Shown: positions 33,022-43,166 of the stretch, one piece after another
Position numbering within the stretch: position 1 is the stretch's first letter
Layout of the letters: every line of letters starts with the position of its first letter
Assembly: GCA_963849885.1 (NCBI GenBank)
Contig: CAWKIV010000006.1
Location: 653,032 to 717,031, forward strand
DNA from: an uncultured Actinomycetota bacterium
GTDB lineage: Bacteria > Actinomycetota > Actinomycetes > Mycobacteriales > CADCTP01
DNA: 64,000 bases
Reading direction: 5' to 3'
Translations under genes and position numbers: made by a program
The notes under the pieces: model-generated
Databases searched by the model: none
What the model saw: only the letters and a program-made list of their open reading frames with translations
Told to the model about the DNA's origin: nothing

Positions 33022-34184
33022 GGCAGTGTCACCCGGACGGTGGTGCCGGCGGCCGGCGCGCTGCGGACCAGCAGGGTGCCGCCGACCTCCTCGACCCGCC
33101 GCCGCATGCCGGCCAGCCCGTAGCCGCGGGCGGGCGCGCCGTCCGGCATGAAGCCGGCCCCGTCGTCGGCGACCGTCAGCTCGGTGCCGGCGGCGCCGTA
33201 CCGCAGGCAGACGGTGACCGCGCACCGCCCGGCGTGCCGCCGCACGTTGGCCAGCGCCTCCTGGGCCGCGCGCAACAGCACCACCTCCTGGTTCGCCGGG
33301 AGCGGCCGCGGCTCGCCGGCCACCTCCACCGCCGCCGGCAGCCCGGTCTCCCCGCCGAAGCGGTCCACCAGCCGGCCGACCGCCTGCGGCAGCGGCGCCG
33401 CCTGCAGGTCCACCGGGGTGAGCGCGGCGACCAGGGAGCGGGCCTCGGCCAGATTCTGCCGGGCGGTCTCCCGGGCCACCGCCAGCCGCCGCCGGGCCGC
33501 GGCCGGATCGGCGTCCACATCGGACTCCGCCAGGTCGACCAGCATGAGCACCGAGGTGAAGCCCTGGGTCAGCGTGTCGTGGATCTCCCGGGCCAGCCGC
33601 TCCCGCTCGGCCAGCACGCCGGCCTGGTGGCTGACCGCGGCCAGCTCGGCCCGGGTGCGCTCCAGCTCGGCGATGACGTCGGCCCGCTGGCCGCTCTGCA
33701 CGATGATCCGGCGGATCCAGGTGCCGAACAGCACCGACGCGCCCAGCGCGAGCACGGTCTGCAGCACCGCCACCACCACCGGCACGTCCAGCACGAGGAC
33801 GCCGACCACGCCGATCCCGACGGTCAGCACGGCCGCCGCAGCCACCGCCTCGCGATACTCCAGCAAGGCCCAGATCTGGGCGTAGGCGACGAAGAAGAGC
33901 AGCGAGAAGAACGGGTAGACGGCGAAGCCGGTGACCGCGACGGCCGTCGCGATCGCGATGTGGGCCCGGCCGCCGCCGGTCGGCCCCGCACAGGAGAAGG
34001 CGCGCACGCCGAGCAGGACGTAGCTGGCCGCGCCGGCGGCGAGCAGCCCCAGCACGACCAGCCGGCGCCCGGTGGACAAGTCGTCGACCGCGGTGGCGAG
34101 CACCGCGACCAGCACGACCAGCACCGCGTACCCCGCGTGCCAGACGGCGCGGCCGCTCTCCCAGGCGTGCCCCTGCTCGGTCAC
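33018..34184 (-). CDS. Sensor histidine kinase (HisKA_3 type)
   Basis: 388 aa with an N-terminal multi-TM region, an H-box (LAREIHDTLTQGF) and an HATPase region (...VADDGAGF...GYGLAGMRRRVEEVGG). Confidence 0.9.
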   Translation of the reverse strand: MTEQGHAWESGRAVWHAGYAVLVVLVAVLATAVDDLSTGRRLVVLGLLAAGAASYVLLGVRAFSCAGPTGGGRAHIAIATAVAVTGFAVYPFFSLLFFVAYAQIWALLEYREAVAAAAVLTVGIGVVGVLVLDVPVVVAVLQTVLALGASVLFGTWIRRIIVQSGQRADVIAELERTRAELAAVSHQAGVLAERERLAREIHDTLTQGFTSVLMLVDLAESDVDADPAAARRRLAVARETARQNLAEARSLVAALTPVDLQAAPLPQAVGRLVDRFGGETGLPAAVEVAGEPRPLPANQEVVLLRAAQEALANVRRHAGRCAVTVCLRYGAAGTELTVADDGAGFMPDGAPARGYGLAGMRRRVEEVGGTLLVRSAPAAGTTVRVTLP

Positions 34185-34187
34185 GGC

Positions 34188-35036
34188 TCAGCCGTCCGCC
34201 TTGTTGCGCCAGCGGAACGTGCGCACCGCCACGAGGAGGCCGATCACGCACCAGGCCACCAGCACCAGCGCGATCCGGCCGTGCTCCCAGCTGCCCGCCG
34301 CCTCGACCGTCTGGTAGTCCTCGGGCAGGAAGACCGACCGCATGCCCTGGGTCATCCACTTCAGCGGGAAGATCGCGGCGATCTCCTGCATCCACGACGG
34401 CAGCTCGGAGAAGACGAAGAAGACGCCGGAGATGAACTGCAGCACGATCGAGATCGGGGAGATGATCGCCGGCGCGGTCCGCCCGTTCTTGACGAAGCCG
34501 GTCACCGCGATGCCGAGCAGCGTGCAGGCGGTCAGCCCGAGCACGGTGACCCACGCATACGTCAGCCAGAGCTGTCCCGTGCTGGGCAGGTCGAGGTCGT
34601 AGAAGAGGACGCCGATGGCCAGCAGCAGCACATTCTGCACCGCGGCCACGACCGCGACCACGGCGATCTTGCCGGCGAAGTACGCCGAGCGCGGCATCGG
34701 CGTGCCGGCCAGCCGCTTCAGCGCCCCGCTGTCCCGCTCGATCGGGATGGCGATGCCGAGATTCTGGAAGCTGGAGCCGAACAGGCCGGCCGCGATCATG
34801 CCGGCGACGAAGTATTGCGCGAAGCTGATCCCGCCCTCCAGCTCCTGATCGCCGAACACCGCGCCGAAGATCACCAGCAGCAGGATCGGGAAGGCGAAGG
34901 TGAAGACCATCGCCTCCCGCTCCCGGACGAAGCTCAGCAGCTCGACCTTGGCGCGGACGGCGTACACCGACCTCAGCGGCGGGGGGCGGAACTCCCGCGC
35001 GGCGGTGGAGCTGGTCGTGGTGGTCTCGGTGGTCAC
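34188..35036 (-). CDS. ABC-2 type transporter permease
   Basis: The GTG at 35036 overlaps the ATPase stop (GTGA). About 282 aa and multi-TM (tail of track ORF 34188..35951). Confidence 0.9.
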   Translation of the reverse strand: MTTETTTTSSTAAREFRPPPLRSVYAVRAKVELLSFVREREAMVFTFAFPILLLVIFGAVFGDQELEGGISFAQYFVAGMIAAGLFGSSFQNLGIAIPIERDSGALKRLAGTPMPRSAYFAGKIAVVAVVAAVQNVLLLAIGVLFYDLDLPSTGQLWLTYAWVTVLGLTACTLLGIAVTGFVKNGRTAPAIISPISIVLQFISGVFFVFSELPSWMQEIAAIFPLKWMTQGMRSVFLPEDYQTVEAAGSWEHGRIALVLVAWCVIGLLVAVRTFRWRNKADG

Positions 35037-35887
35037 GTGCCCGCTCCGATCATCCGCAGGTAGACGTCCTCCAGGCTGGGCCGCTCCACCACCAGCTCCG
35101 GCACCTCCCCGCCGAACCGGGCGGCCAGCTCCGTCACCACCTGCGTCGGGGTGTCGGTGGTGGCCTCGCGCGGGCCGTCCGGGCCGACCCAGCGGACGGT
35201 CGCCGCGGCCTGCGCCCGGCCGCCGAGCGACTGCGGGGTGCCGACCTCGACGATCCGCCCGGCGTTGATCACCGCGACCCGGTCGGCCAGGTGCTCGGCC
35301 TCGTCCAGGTAGTGGGTGGTGAGCAGGATCGTGGTGCCCTGGGCGGTCAGGTCCTCGAGCACCCCCCAGAACTGGCGGCGCGCCTCCGGGTCGAAGCCGG
35401 TGGTCGGCTCGTCCAGGAAGAGCAGCTCGGGCCGGCCGACGATGCCGAGCGCGACGTCCAGCCGGCGGCGCTGGCCGCCGGACAGCGAGCTCGCCCGGGC
35501 GTGCCGCTTGTCGCCGAGGCCGACCAGCTCGATCGTCTCGTCCACCGGCCGCGGGTCCGGGAAGTACGCGGCCGTCGCGCCCACCCACTCCCGGACGGTC
35601 AGCTCGCTGGACTGGGCGAGGTCGTCGACCCGCTGCAGCACGATGCCGATGCGGGACTTCCAGGCGGCCGAGCCGTTGGCCGGGTCGTCGCCGAGCACCC
35701 GCACCTCGCCGCCGTCCCGGCGGCGGTAGCCCTCGAGGATCTCCACCGTCGTGGTCTTGCCGGCGCCGTTCGGGCCGAGCAGGGAGAACACCTCGCCGCG
35801 CCGGACGTCCAGGTCGATGCCGTCGACGGCGGCCCGGCCCTGGTACGACTTGCGCAGGCCCTTCACCTGGATGGCGTAGTCGGTCAC
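35033..35887 (-). CDS. ABC transporter ATP-binding protein (DrrA-like)
   Basis: Walker A GPNGAGKTT, signature LSGGQRRRL, Walker B LLFLDEPTTGFD. Confidence 0.9.
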   Translation of the reverse strand: MTDYAIQVKGLRKSYQGRAAVDGIDLDVRRGEVFSLLGPNGAGKTTTVEILEGYRRRDGGEVRVLGDDPANGSAAWKSRIGIVLQRVDDLAQSSELTVREWVGATAAYFPDPRPVDETIELVGLGDKRHARASSLSGGQRRRLDVALGIVGRPELLFLDEPTTGFDPEARRQFWGVLEDLTAQGTTILLTTHYLDEAEHLADRVAVINAGRIVEVGTPQSLGGRAQAAATVRWVGPDGPREATTDTPTQVVTELAARFGGEVPELVVERPSLEDVYLRMIGAGT

Positions 35888-35964
35888 GGAGTTCAGCTTG
35901 CCGAATGCGGGCAGCCGCCGCTACGACCGGTCGACCGGTCCTCCCGTCCACCGGTCGACGGACC

Positions 35965-36369
35965 CTAGGCCGCGATCACGTCCAGACCCGGCAGCCCGGC
36001 GAAGTGCCGGACGTTGCCGGTCAGCACCGGCGCGCCGTAGTGCACCGCGCAGGCCGCGATCCACAGATCGTTCGCGTGCACCGCCTGGGCGAGCGGGTGT
36101 CCGCGCCGGAGCGCCTCTGCCCGCAGGCCGGCGCAGGCGCGGGGCAGGTCCTCGTCGTAGGGCAGCACCAGCATCCGGCCGAGCCGGGTCTCCAGCTCCC
36201 GCATCTTGGCGTCGCCCCACTGCGCGCTGTACGCCCCGAAGTAGACCTCGGCCACCGAGACGAAGGTGAGCGCCGGCACCACGCCGCGGACGTAGCGCGG
36301 GTAACGAGCGCTCTCCGGGGACTTGAAGACGTCGGAGAAGACGTCGCTGTCGAGGATCGTGTATTTCAC
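35965..36369 (-). CDS. vapC: PIN-domain toxin (VapC family)
   Basis: 134 aa. ILDSDVF at the N-terminus, an acidic residue in NDLWIAA, and a C-terminal VLTGNVRHF, which fits the PIN layout. The GTG overlaps the upstream ORF stop (GTGA). Confidence 0.8.
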   Translation of the reverse strand: MKYTILDSDVFSDVFKSPESARYPRYVRGVVPALTFVSVAEVYFGAYSAQWGDAKMRELETRLGRMLVLPYDEDLPRACAGLRAEALRRGHPLAQAVHANDLWIAACAVHYGAPVLTGNVRHFAGLPGLDVIAA

Positions 36370-36830
36370 AGCGTCCTCGAGGACATGACCGCCGCGTAGA
36401 AGCCGGCGAAGTCGGCCTCGTCGAGGATCTCGCCCTGCAGCTCAGCGGGGTCCTCGACCGGCTCGATGCCCTGCTCCCAGCGCAGCTCGTCGAGCGTCCG
36501 GCGCCGCGCGCGCTCCGGCTCCACGGGATCGATCGACTCGGCGACGTCGGCCGGCACCACCCCGGCCACGCGCTCGCCGTCGAGTGTGAGGTAGACCCGC
36601 CCGCCGAGCCGCACCCGATCCAGGACATGCCGCAGCAGCGCCGAGCTGCGGGGCACCTCGATCTCCTGCCCGTCCGGGCCGAGCAGGATGGGCACCTCGC
36701 CGCCGACGAACACCGGCCCGGAGAGGTGGCTGAAGTTGAGGTAGCCGTCCACACGGTCGGCCTCGGATCGATAGCTGATCCGCGAGGACTGGGGCTCGCC
36801 GGCTCCTACCGCCGGTGCGGGGGTTGTCAC
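36366..36830 (-). CDS. Putative antitoxin (Phd/YefM-like core inside a 154-aa protein)
   Basis: Translationally coupled to vapC. The central LLRHVLDRVRLGGRVYLTLDGERVAGVVP resembles the Phd/YefM fold signature. It is longer than usual for an antitoxin. Confidence 0.6.
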   Translation of the reverse strand: MTTPAPAVGAGEPQSSRISYRSEADRVDGYLNFSHLSGPVFVGGEVPILLGPDGQEIEVPRSSALLRHVLDRVRLGGRVYLTLDGERVAGVVPADVAESIDPVEPERARRRTLDELRWEQGIEPVEDPAELQGEILDEADFAGFYAAVMSSRTL

Positions 36831-36873
36831 ACGATCATGATGTCATCCAGCACCATGAAGATGCAAGATTAGT

Positions 36874-37230
36874 TCACTCGTCGCGGTGGGCGGTGTCCGG
36901 GGCGAAGGCGGGGACGCAGACCGCGACGTAGTCGGCGCCGTCCGGGTCGGGCGTGGTGTAGCGGACCCGCTCACCGGCCCGGGTCAGCACCGCCTCGCCG
37001 GCGCGGACGTCCAGCGCGCCGCCGTCGTGCTCCACCCGGACGGTCCCCCGCAGGACCAGCGTGACCTCGTCGAAGTCGGGCGCCTGCGCCGGCTCCTCCC
37101 ACCCGCCGGGCGCGGTCATCCGGGCCACCGACACCGTCGCGGTGCCGGAGTTGACCCGGCCGACGTACTCGTCGATCTGCTTGCCGCCGGGCACCGGGAT
37201 GGTGGTCGGTGCCGCGATGTGCTGGGGCAC
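36874..37230 (-). CDS. Cupin domain protein
   Basis: GTG at 37230 preceded by GGAGGA, giving about 118 aa. The cupin-like beta-barrel pattern is (...DEVTLVLRGTVRVEHDG...VRAGEAVLTRAGERVRY). The track ORF extends too far upstream. Confidence 0.7.
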   Translation of the reverse strand: MPQHIAAPTTIPVPGGKQIDEYVGRVNSGTATVSVARMTAPGGWEEPAQAPDFDEVTLVLRGTVRVEHDGGALDVRAGEAVLTRAGERVRYTTPDPDGADYVAVCVPAFAPDTAHRDE

Positions 37231-37282
37231 GCTCGGTCCTCCGCTCAGGTCGCTCGGGTGCTCGGGTGGCTGGGGTGGGCGC

Positions 37283-38602
37283 TCAGTCGGAGGCGATCCG
37301 GTCGAGCACCAGGGTGCCGGCGGCCGGCGCGCTGTCGCCGACCTCGACCGCGCCGTCCAGCGCGGCCAGCGCACGCTCGATGCGCGCGGGCTCGTCGGTG
37401 TGCAGCCGCAGCAGCGGGGCGCCGGCGGTCACCCGGTCACCGGGCTTGGCCAGCATCTCCACCCCGGCCGCCGCGGACACCGGGTCCTCCTTGCGGGCCC
37501 GGCCGGCGCCGAGACGCCAGGCGGCGACGCCCACCCCGTACGCGTCCAGCCGGGTGAGCACGCCGGTCGCCGGCGCCGGGACCTCGTGCACCTCGCGGGC
37601 GGTGGGCAGCGGCGCGTCCGGGTCGCCGTCCTGGGCCGCGATCATGCGCCGCCACACGTCCATCGCCCGGCCGTCCCGCAGCGCGTCGGCCGGGTCGGTG
37701 TCCGGCTGTCCGGCGGCGGCGAGCATCTCCCGGGCCAGCGCCAGCGTCAGCTCGACCACGTCGGCCGGGCCGCCCCCGGCCAGCACCTCGACCGACTCGG
37801 CGACCTCCAGCCCGTTGCCCGCGGTGCGGCCGAGCGGGGTGTCCATCCCGGTGAGCAGGGCGATCGTGCGGACCCCGTGCGCGCCGCCCAGCTCGACCAT
37901 CGCGGCGGCCAGCTCGCGGGCGTCGGCGAGCTCCTTCATGAACGCGCCGGAGCCGACCTTCACGTCCAGCACCAGCGCGGACGCGCCCTCGGCGATCTTC
38001 TTCGACATGATCGAGGAGGCGATCAGCGGCACCGACTCGACGGTGCCGGTGACGTCGCGCAGCGCGTAGAGCTTGCGGTCGGCCGGCGCCAGCGACTCCC
38101 CCGCGGCGCAGATCACCGCGCCCACGTCGCGCAGCTGGGCCCGGAACTCGGCGGCGTCCAGCCGGGCCCGCCAGCCCGGGATCGCCTCCAGCTTGTCCAG
38201 CGTGCCGCCGGTGTGCCCGAGCCCGCGGCCGGACAGCTGCGGCACGGCCACCCCGTGCGCGGCCACCAGCGGGGCGAGCGGCAGGGTGATCTTGTCGCCG
38301 ACGCCACCGGTGGAGTGCTTGTCCACGGTGGGACGGTCCACTCCGGACAGGTCGAGCCGCTCGCCGGACTCGATCATGGCCCGGGTCCAGCGGGCCAGCT
38401 CGGCCGGCTCCAGCCCGCGCAGCAGGACCGCCATCAGCAGCGCGGACATCTGCTCGTCGGCGACCACCCCCCGGGTGTACGCGTCCACCACCCAGTCGAC
38501 CTGCTCGTCGCCGAGCCGGCCGCCGTCCCGCTTGACCCGGATCACCTCGACCGCGTCGAAGGGCTCGGGCCGGGCCTGCTCGGTCTGCGGCCCCCCGGTC
38601 AC
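37283..38602 (-). CDS. deoA: Thymidine (pyrimidine-nucleoside) phosphorylase
   Basis: About 439 aa. Contains the motifs VDKHSTGGVGDK, GRGLGHTGGTLDKLE and SIMSKK. The GTG at 38602 overlaps the cdd stop. Confidence 0.9.
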   Translation of the reverse strand: MTGGPQTEQARPEPFDAVEVIRVKRDGGRLGDEQVDWVVDAYTRGVVADEQMSALLMAVLLRGLEPAELARWTRAMIESGERLDLSGVDRPTVDKHSTGGVGDKITLPLAPLVAAHGVAVPQLSGRGLGHTGGTLDKLEAIPGWRARLDAAEFRAQLRDVGAVICAAGESLAPADRKLYALRDVTGTVESVPLIASSIMSKKIAEGASALVLDVKVGSGAFMKELADARELAAAMVELGGAHGVRTIALLTGMDTPLGRTAGNGLEVAESVEVLAGGGPADVVELTLALAREMLAAAGQPDTDPADALRDGRAMDVWRRMIAAQDGDPDAPLPTAREVHEVPAPATGVLTRLDAYGVGVAAWRLGAGRARKEDPVSAAAGVEMLAKPGDRVTAGAPLLRLHTDEPARIERALAALDGAVEVGDSAPAAGTLVLDRIASD

Positions 38603-39009
38603 GGCCCGGCGCCCCCGACCCGGTCCAGGTCCTCCCGGCCGAAGGCCCGCGGCAGCAGCTCGGTCATCGGCACCGGACCGGTCGCGGTGTCCACCAGCAG
38701 GCCGGGCCCGCCGTGCTCCCAGAGCAGCTGCCGGCACCGTCCACACGGGAGCAGAGCCGTGCCGTCGGCGTCCACGCAGGCCAGCGCGGCGAGCCGGCCG
38801 CCGCCGGTGGCGTGCAGGGTGGACACCAGGCCGCACTCCGCGCACAGGCCCAGCCCGTACGACGCGTTCTCCACGTTGCAGCCGACGATCGTCCGGCCGT
38901 CGTCCACCAGCGCGGCCACGCCGACCGGAAATCGCGAGTACGGCGCGTACGCGTGGGTCATCGCCTCCCGGGCGGCCGCCCGCAGCGCGGCCCAGTCCGG
39001 CTCGGTCAT
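38599..39009 (-). CDS. cdd: Cytidine deaminase
   Basis: 136 aa. Zinc motifs CAECG and PCGRCRQ, plus the APYSRFPVGAA-like N-terminus. Confidence 0.9.
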   Translation of the reverse strand: MTEPDWAALRAAAREAMTHAYAPYSRFPVGVAALVDDGRTIVGCNVENASYGLGLCAECGLVSTLHATGGGRLAALACVDADGTALLPCGRCRQLLWEHGGPGLLVDTATGPVPMTELLPRAFGREDLDRVGGAGP

Positions 39010-40268
39010 CGAGCCTCGCCGCGGCGGTATGGCCGGCCGTCGGCCGCGGGTGGTCGTAGTCGTTGGGCGGCCAGCGACAGCACCAGCAGCGTGGTCAGGT
39101 GCGGCGCGAAGCCGACGAACTCGTCCGGCACGGTGTCGGACGCCAAATACCACACCAGCACCATCGCGGCGACCCCCAGCGCGATCAGGCCGCCCAGCCG
39201 GCGGCCGCGCACCAGGTTCCACACGCCGAGGCCGGCCAGCACGATGGCGAGCAGGAGCAGCAGCGCATGCACGGACTCGCCGCCGCTGCGCAGCTGCAGG
39301 GAGTCGGTGTAGCCGAAGATCCCGGCGCCCATCGCCAGCCCACCCGGCCGCCAGTTGCCGAAGATCATCGCGGCCAGACCGATGTAGCCGCGGCCGTTGG
39401 TCTGGCCCTCCCGGTAGATGCTCGTCGCCACCTGGGCGAGGAACGCCCCGCCCAGCCCGGCGAACCCACCGGAGATGACGACCGCGGCGTACTTCATCCG
39501 GTAGACGTTCACGCCCAGCGACTCGGCCGCGGACGGCGCCTCCCCGCAGGAGCGCAGCCGCAGGCCGAACTTCGTCCGCCAGAGCAGCACGTACGAGATC
39601 GGCACCAGCGCGATCGCCAGCACGGTGAGCAGCGACACCTGGGTCACCAGCCCGCCGAGCAGGCCGGAGACGTCGGAGAGCAGGAACCAGCCCTTGGCCT
39701 CCACGTCCCGCAGCGCGCCGGAGCCGGGCACGGTGATCGTGTCGATCGGCGGCAACGTCGGCGACTGGGTGACGCCGCCGCCCGGCGTGTCGACGAAGAT
39801 CAGCGCGGACAGGAAGCGGGTGATCCCGGCGCCGAGGATGTTGATCGCGACGCCGGACACGATGTGGTCGACGCCGAAGGTGACGGTGGCCAGCGCGTGC
39901 AGCAGTCCGCCGAGGGCGCCGCCGACGATGCCGGCGAGGACACCCCACCAGGCGCCGAACTCGAACGCCCCCCAGGCGCCGAACCAGGTGCCGAGGATGA
40001 GCTGGCCCTCCAGGCCGATGTTGACCACGCCGGCCCGCTCCGACCACAGGCCGCCGAGGCCGGCCAGCCCGATGGGCACGGCCAGCCGCAGCGCGGCGCC
40101 GGTGGTGCCGCTGGAGGTGATGTCGTCGGCGCCGGTGACCAGCCGGACGATCGAGACCAGCGCCAGCAGCCCGGCGATGCTGAGCAGGACCACCGGCAGC
40201 GTCATCCGCGGCCGGCGCCGGCCGGGCGCCTGCGGCACGATCTCCTGGTCGATGAGGCCGGTGCTCAT
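39006..40268 (-). CDS. ABC transporter permease (BMP/nucleoside uptake family)
   Basis: 420 aa and multi-TM. The ATG at 40268 overlaps the upstream stop (ATGA). Confidence 0.9.
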   Translation of the reverse strand: MSTGLIDQEIVPQAPGRRRPRMTLPVVLLSIAGLLALVSIVRLVTGADDITSSGTTGAALRLAVPIGLAGLGGLWSERAGVVNIGLEGQLILGTWFGAWGAFEFGAWWGVLAGIVGGALGGLLHALATVTFGVDHIVSGVAINILGAGITRFLSALIFVDTPGGGVTQSPTLPPIDTITVPGSGALRDVEAKGWFLLSDVSGLLGGLVTQVSLLTVLAIALVPISYVLLWRTKFGLRLRSCGEAPSAAESLGVNVYRMKYAAVVISGGFAGLGGAFLAQVATSIYREGQTNGRGYIGLAAMIFGNWRPGGLAMGAGIFGYTDSLQLRSGGESVHALLLLLAIVLAGLGVWNLVRGRRLGGLIALGVAAMVLVWYLASDTVPDEFVGFAPHLTTLLVLSLAAQRLRPPAADGRPYRRGEAR

Positions 40269-41374
40269 GCCGGGGTCCCCTCGCCGGTGCGGGCGGCGGC
40301 CGCGGCTCGGAGCTCGGCACCGACCTGGCGCTGCTGCTGGGCCAGCGAGAAGCGGCGGACCAGCTCGTACGCGATCACGACCGAGAGCACCGCGACGCCC
40401 TGCATGATCGTCACGATCTCCTTCGGGACGCCTTCGAGGTCGAGGATCTGGGACGACTGCTCGAGGAACGACCAGAGCAGGGCGCCGATCGCGATCCCGA
40501 CCGGGTGGTTGCGGCCGAGCAGCGCGATGGCGATGCCGGCGAAGCCGAAGCCGGCCGGGAAGTCCTGCCCGTACGCGTGGCTCTCGCCGAGCAGCAGCGC
40601 CATGCCGACCAGGCCGGCGACCGCACCGGAGAGCAGCATCGTGCGCAGGACCATCCCCTTGACGTCCACCCCGCTGGCGACGGCGGCGGTCTCGGACAGG
40701 CCGGTCGCCTTGAGGTCGAAGCCGAACCGGGTCCGGCCGAGCAGCAGCCAGTAGCCCACGCCGCAGGCGACCGCGACGACGGAGAACCCGAAGATCTCCC
40801 CTTCGCCGAAGGGGATGCCCGGCAGCCACGCGCTCTCCGGTATCGGCTCGGTGCTGACCTGCTGACTGCCGATCAGCACGCCGAGCCGGCTCGGGTCGAT
40901 GAGGTAGGCCACGAGGCCGGCACCGATGACGTTCAGCATGATCGTCGAGATGACCTCGCTGACGCCCCGGGTCACCTTGAGCAGTCCGGCGATGCCGGCC
41001 CACAGGGCGCCGACGACGACCGCGACCACGACCATCACCACGATCAGCAGCGGCCCCGGCAGCGTGAGCCAGCCGCCGACGAGGGCGGCGAAGAACGCGG
41101 CGATGCGGTATTGCCCGTCGACCCCGATGTTGAACAGGTTCATCCGGAAGCCGATGGCGACGGCCAGCGCGGAGAGATAGTAGGTCGAGGTCTTGTTGAG
41201 GATCTGGATGATGCTGTCCGGGTCGACCCCGAACTCGATCATGCTCTCGAACGTCGTCAGCGGCGAGTTGCCGGAGATGAGGAGCACCACCGAGGAGATC
41301 AGGACCGCGACGATGATCGCGAGCGTCGGCGCGGCGAGCACCAGCGCGGTGCGCTGCCAGTCGAAGCGCTTCAC
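40265..41374 (-). CDS. ABC transporter permease (BMP/nucleoside uptake family)
   Basis: GTG at 41374 (VKRFDWQRTALVLAAP...), preceded by GGGGAGGAGGGGG. About 369 aa and multi-TM. It lies in the same frame as the upstream ATPase with no intervening stop. Confidence 0.85.
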   Translation of the reverse strand: MKRFDWQRTALVLAAPTLAIIVAVLISSVVLLISGNSPLTTFESMIEFGVDPDSIIQILNKTSTYYLSALAVAIGFRMNLFNIGVDGQYRIAAFFAALVGGWLTLPGPLLIVVMVVVAVVVGALWAGIAGLLKVTRGVSEVISTIMLNVIGAGLVAYLIDPSRLGVLIGSQQVSTEPIPESAWLPGIPFGEGEIFGFSVVAVACGVGYWLLLGRTRFGFDLKATGLSETAAVASGVDVKGMVLRTMLLSGAVAGLVGMALLLGESHAYGQDFPAGFGFAGIAIALLGRNHPVGIAIGALLWSFLEQSSQILDLEGVPKEIVTIMQGVAVLSVVIAYELVRRFSLAQQQRQVGAELRAAAAARTGEGTPA

Positions 41375-43087
41375 GCCCCCTCCTCCCCGGGCCGGGGGCC
41401 GGTCGGGTCGGAGGTCGCCGAGCCGGTCCCGGTGGTGCCCGTGCCGGTCAGCCCGGGACCCCGGGAGCCGGGCCGGTCGGCCTCGGTGGGCCCGGTCCGT
41501 GGCCTCGGTGGCCTCGGTGGCCTCGGTCTGGTCGGTGTGCTCGGTGGCGCCGGTCATTGCCGAGCCCAGCTCCTCGGGGGTGACCGACCGCGGGTCCGCA
41601 CCGGCGACCAGTCGGCCGCGGAGGATGACCTGGATCGTGTCGGACAGGCCGATCAGCTCGTCGAGGTCGGCCGAGATGAGCAGCACGGCCAGCCCCGCGG
41701 CCCGTGCGGTCCGCAGCGCGTCCCAGATGGCCGCCTGCGCGCCGACGTCCACTCCGCGGGTGGGGTGGGCGGCGAGCAGCAGCACCGGATCGCCGCTCAT
41801 CTCCCGGCCCACGATCAGCTTCTGCTGGTTGCCACCGGACAGCGCGGACGCGAGGACGTCGATGCCCGGCGTACGGACGTCGTAGTCGCGGACGATCCGC
41901 TCGGTGTCCGCGCGCGCACCCGCCCGGTTGATCCACGGACCCGACACGTTCGGCGGGCGGGTCTGGTGGCCGAGGACCCGGTTTTCCCAGAGCGACGCCT
42001 CGAGCAGCAGTCCCTGCCGATGCCGGTCCTCCGGGATGAAGCCGATGCCGGCCTCCCGCCGCTTCCGGGTGTCCAGCTCGGTCAGGTCGGCATCGGCGAG
42101 CACGACCCGGCCGGCGCTGGCCGGCCGCAGGCCCATGATCGCCTCCACCAGCTCGGCCTGACCGTTGCCCTCGACGCCGGCGACGCCGAGCACCTCGCCC
42201 GAGCGGATGCTGAGCGACACGTCGTCCAGCACGGCCCGGCCGTCCGGCGAGCGGACCGTGAGCCCCTCGACGGCCAGCACCACCTGGTCGCGGACGGTCG
42301 ACTCCCGGGTCTCCGGCGACGGCAGCTCCCCGCCGACCATCAGCTCGGCCAGCCGCCGGGCGGTGACCTCACCAGGATCGACCGTGGCCACGGTCGTGCC
42401 GCGCCGGATCACGGTGATCTCGTCGGCCACGGCGAGCACCTCGTCGAGTTTGTGCGAGATGAACAGCACCGTGATGCCCTCGGACTTGAGCTCGCGGAGG
42501 TTGGCGAACAGCTCGTCGACCTCCTGCGGCACCAGCACGGCCGTCGGCTCGTCGAGGATGAGGATGCGGGCGCCGCGGTAGAGCACCTTGAGGATCTCGA
42601 TGCGCTGCCGGTCGCCGACGCCGAGCTCCTCCACCAGGCGATCGGGTTGGACGCCGAGCCCGTACGCGTCGGAGATCTCCCGGATGCGGCGCTGGGCGGC
42701 GCGGGTGTCGAGGCGGCCGAAGGTCCCGGGCTCCGCGCCGAGCACGACGTTTTCCAGGACGGTCAGGTTGTCGGCCAGCATGAAGTGCTGGTGGACCATG
42801 CCGATGCCGGCGGCGATCGCCTCCGCCGGTGAGTGGAAGGCGACCGGTCGACCGTCGACGGCGATGGTGCCCTCGTCCGGGCGCTGCATCCCGTACAGGA
42901 TCTTCATCAGGGTCGACTTGCCGGCGCCGTTTTCCCCGACGATGGCGTGCACGGTGCCGGCCTGGACGACGATATCGACGTCGGAGTTGGCCACCACGCC
43001 GGGGAAGCGCTTGGTGATCCCGCGCAGCTCGACCGCGGGGGCTCGCGCCGGTGCGGCCGGTTGCCCGGCGGTCGCTGCGGAGGACAC
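41375..43087 (-). CDS. ABC transporter ATP-binding protein with two nucleotide-binding domains (nucleoside/BMP type); 3' end undefined
   Basis: GTG at 43087, preceded by AAGGGAG. Walker A GENGAGKST, signature/Walker B ILILDEPTAVL, second NBD GVEGNGQ...LSGGNQQK. There is no in-frame stop until 40265, so as written it reads through into the permease. Confidence 0.85.
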
Positions 43088-43166
43088 GCTCGCTCCCTTC
43101 GACGGCCGAACCCGGGGTGACGCTACCGCGCGCACCCCGGGTCCGGTCCGATCCGTCGAGACGACG

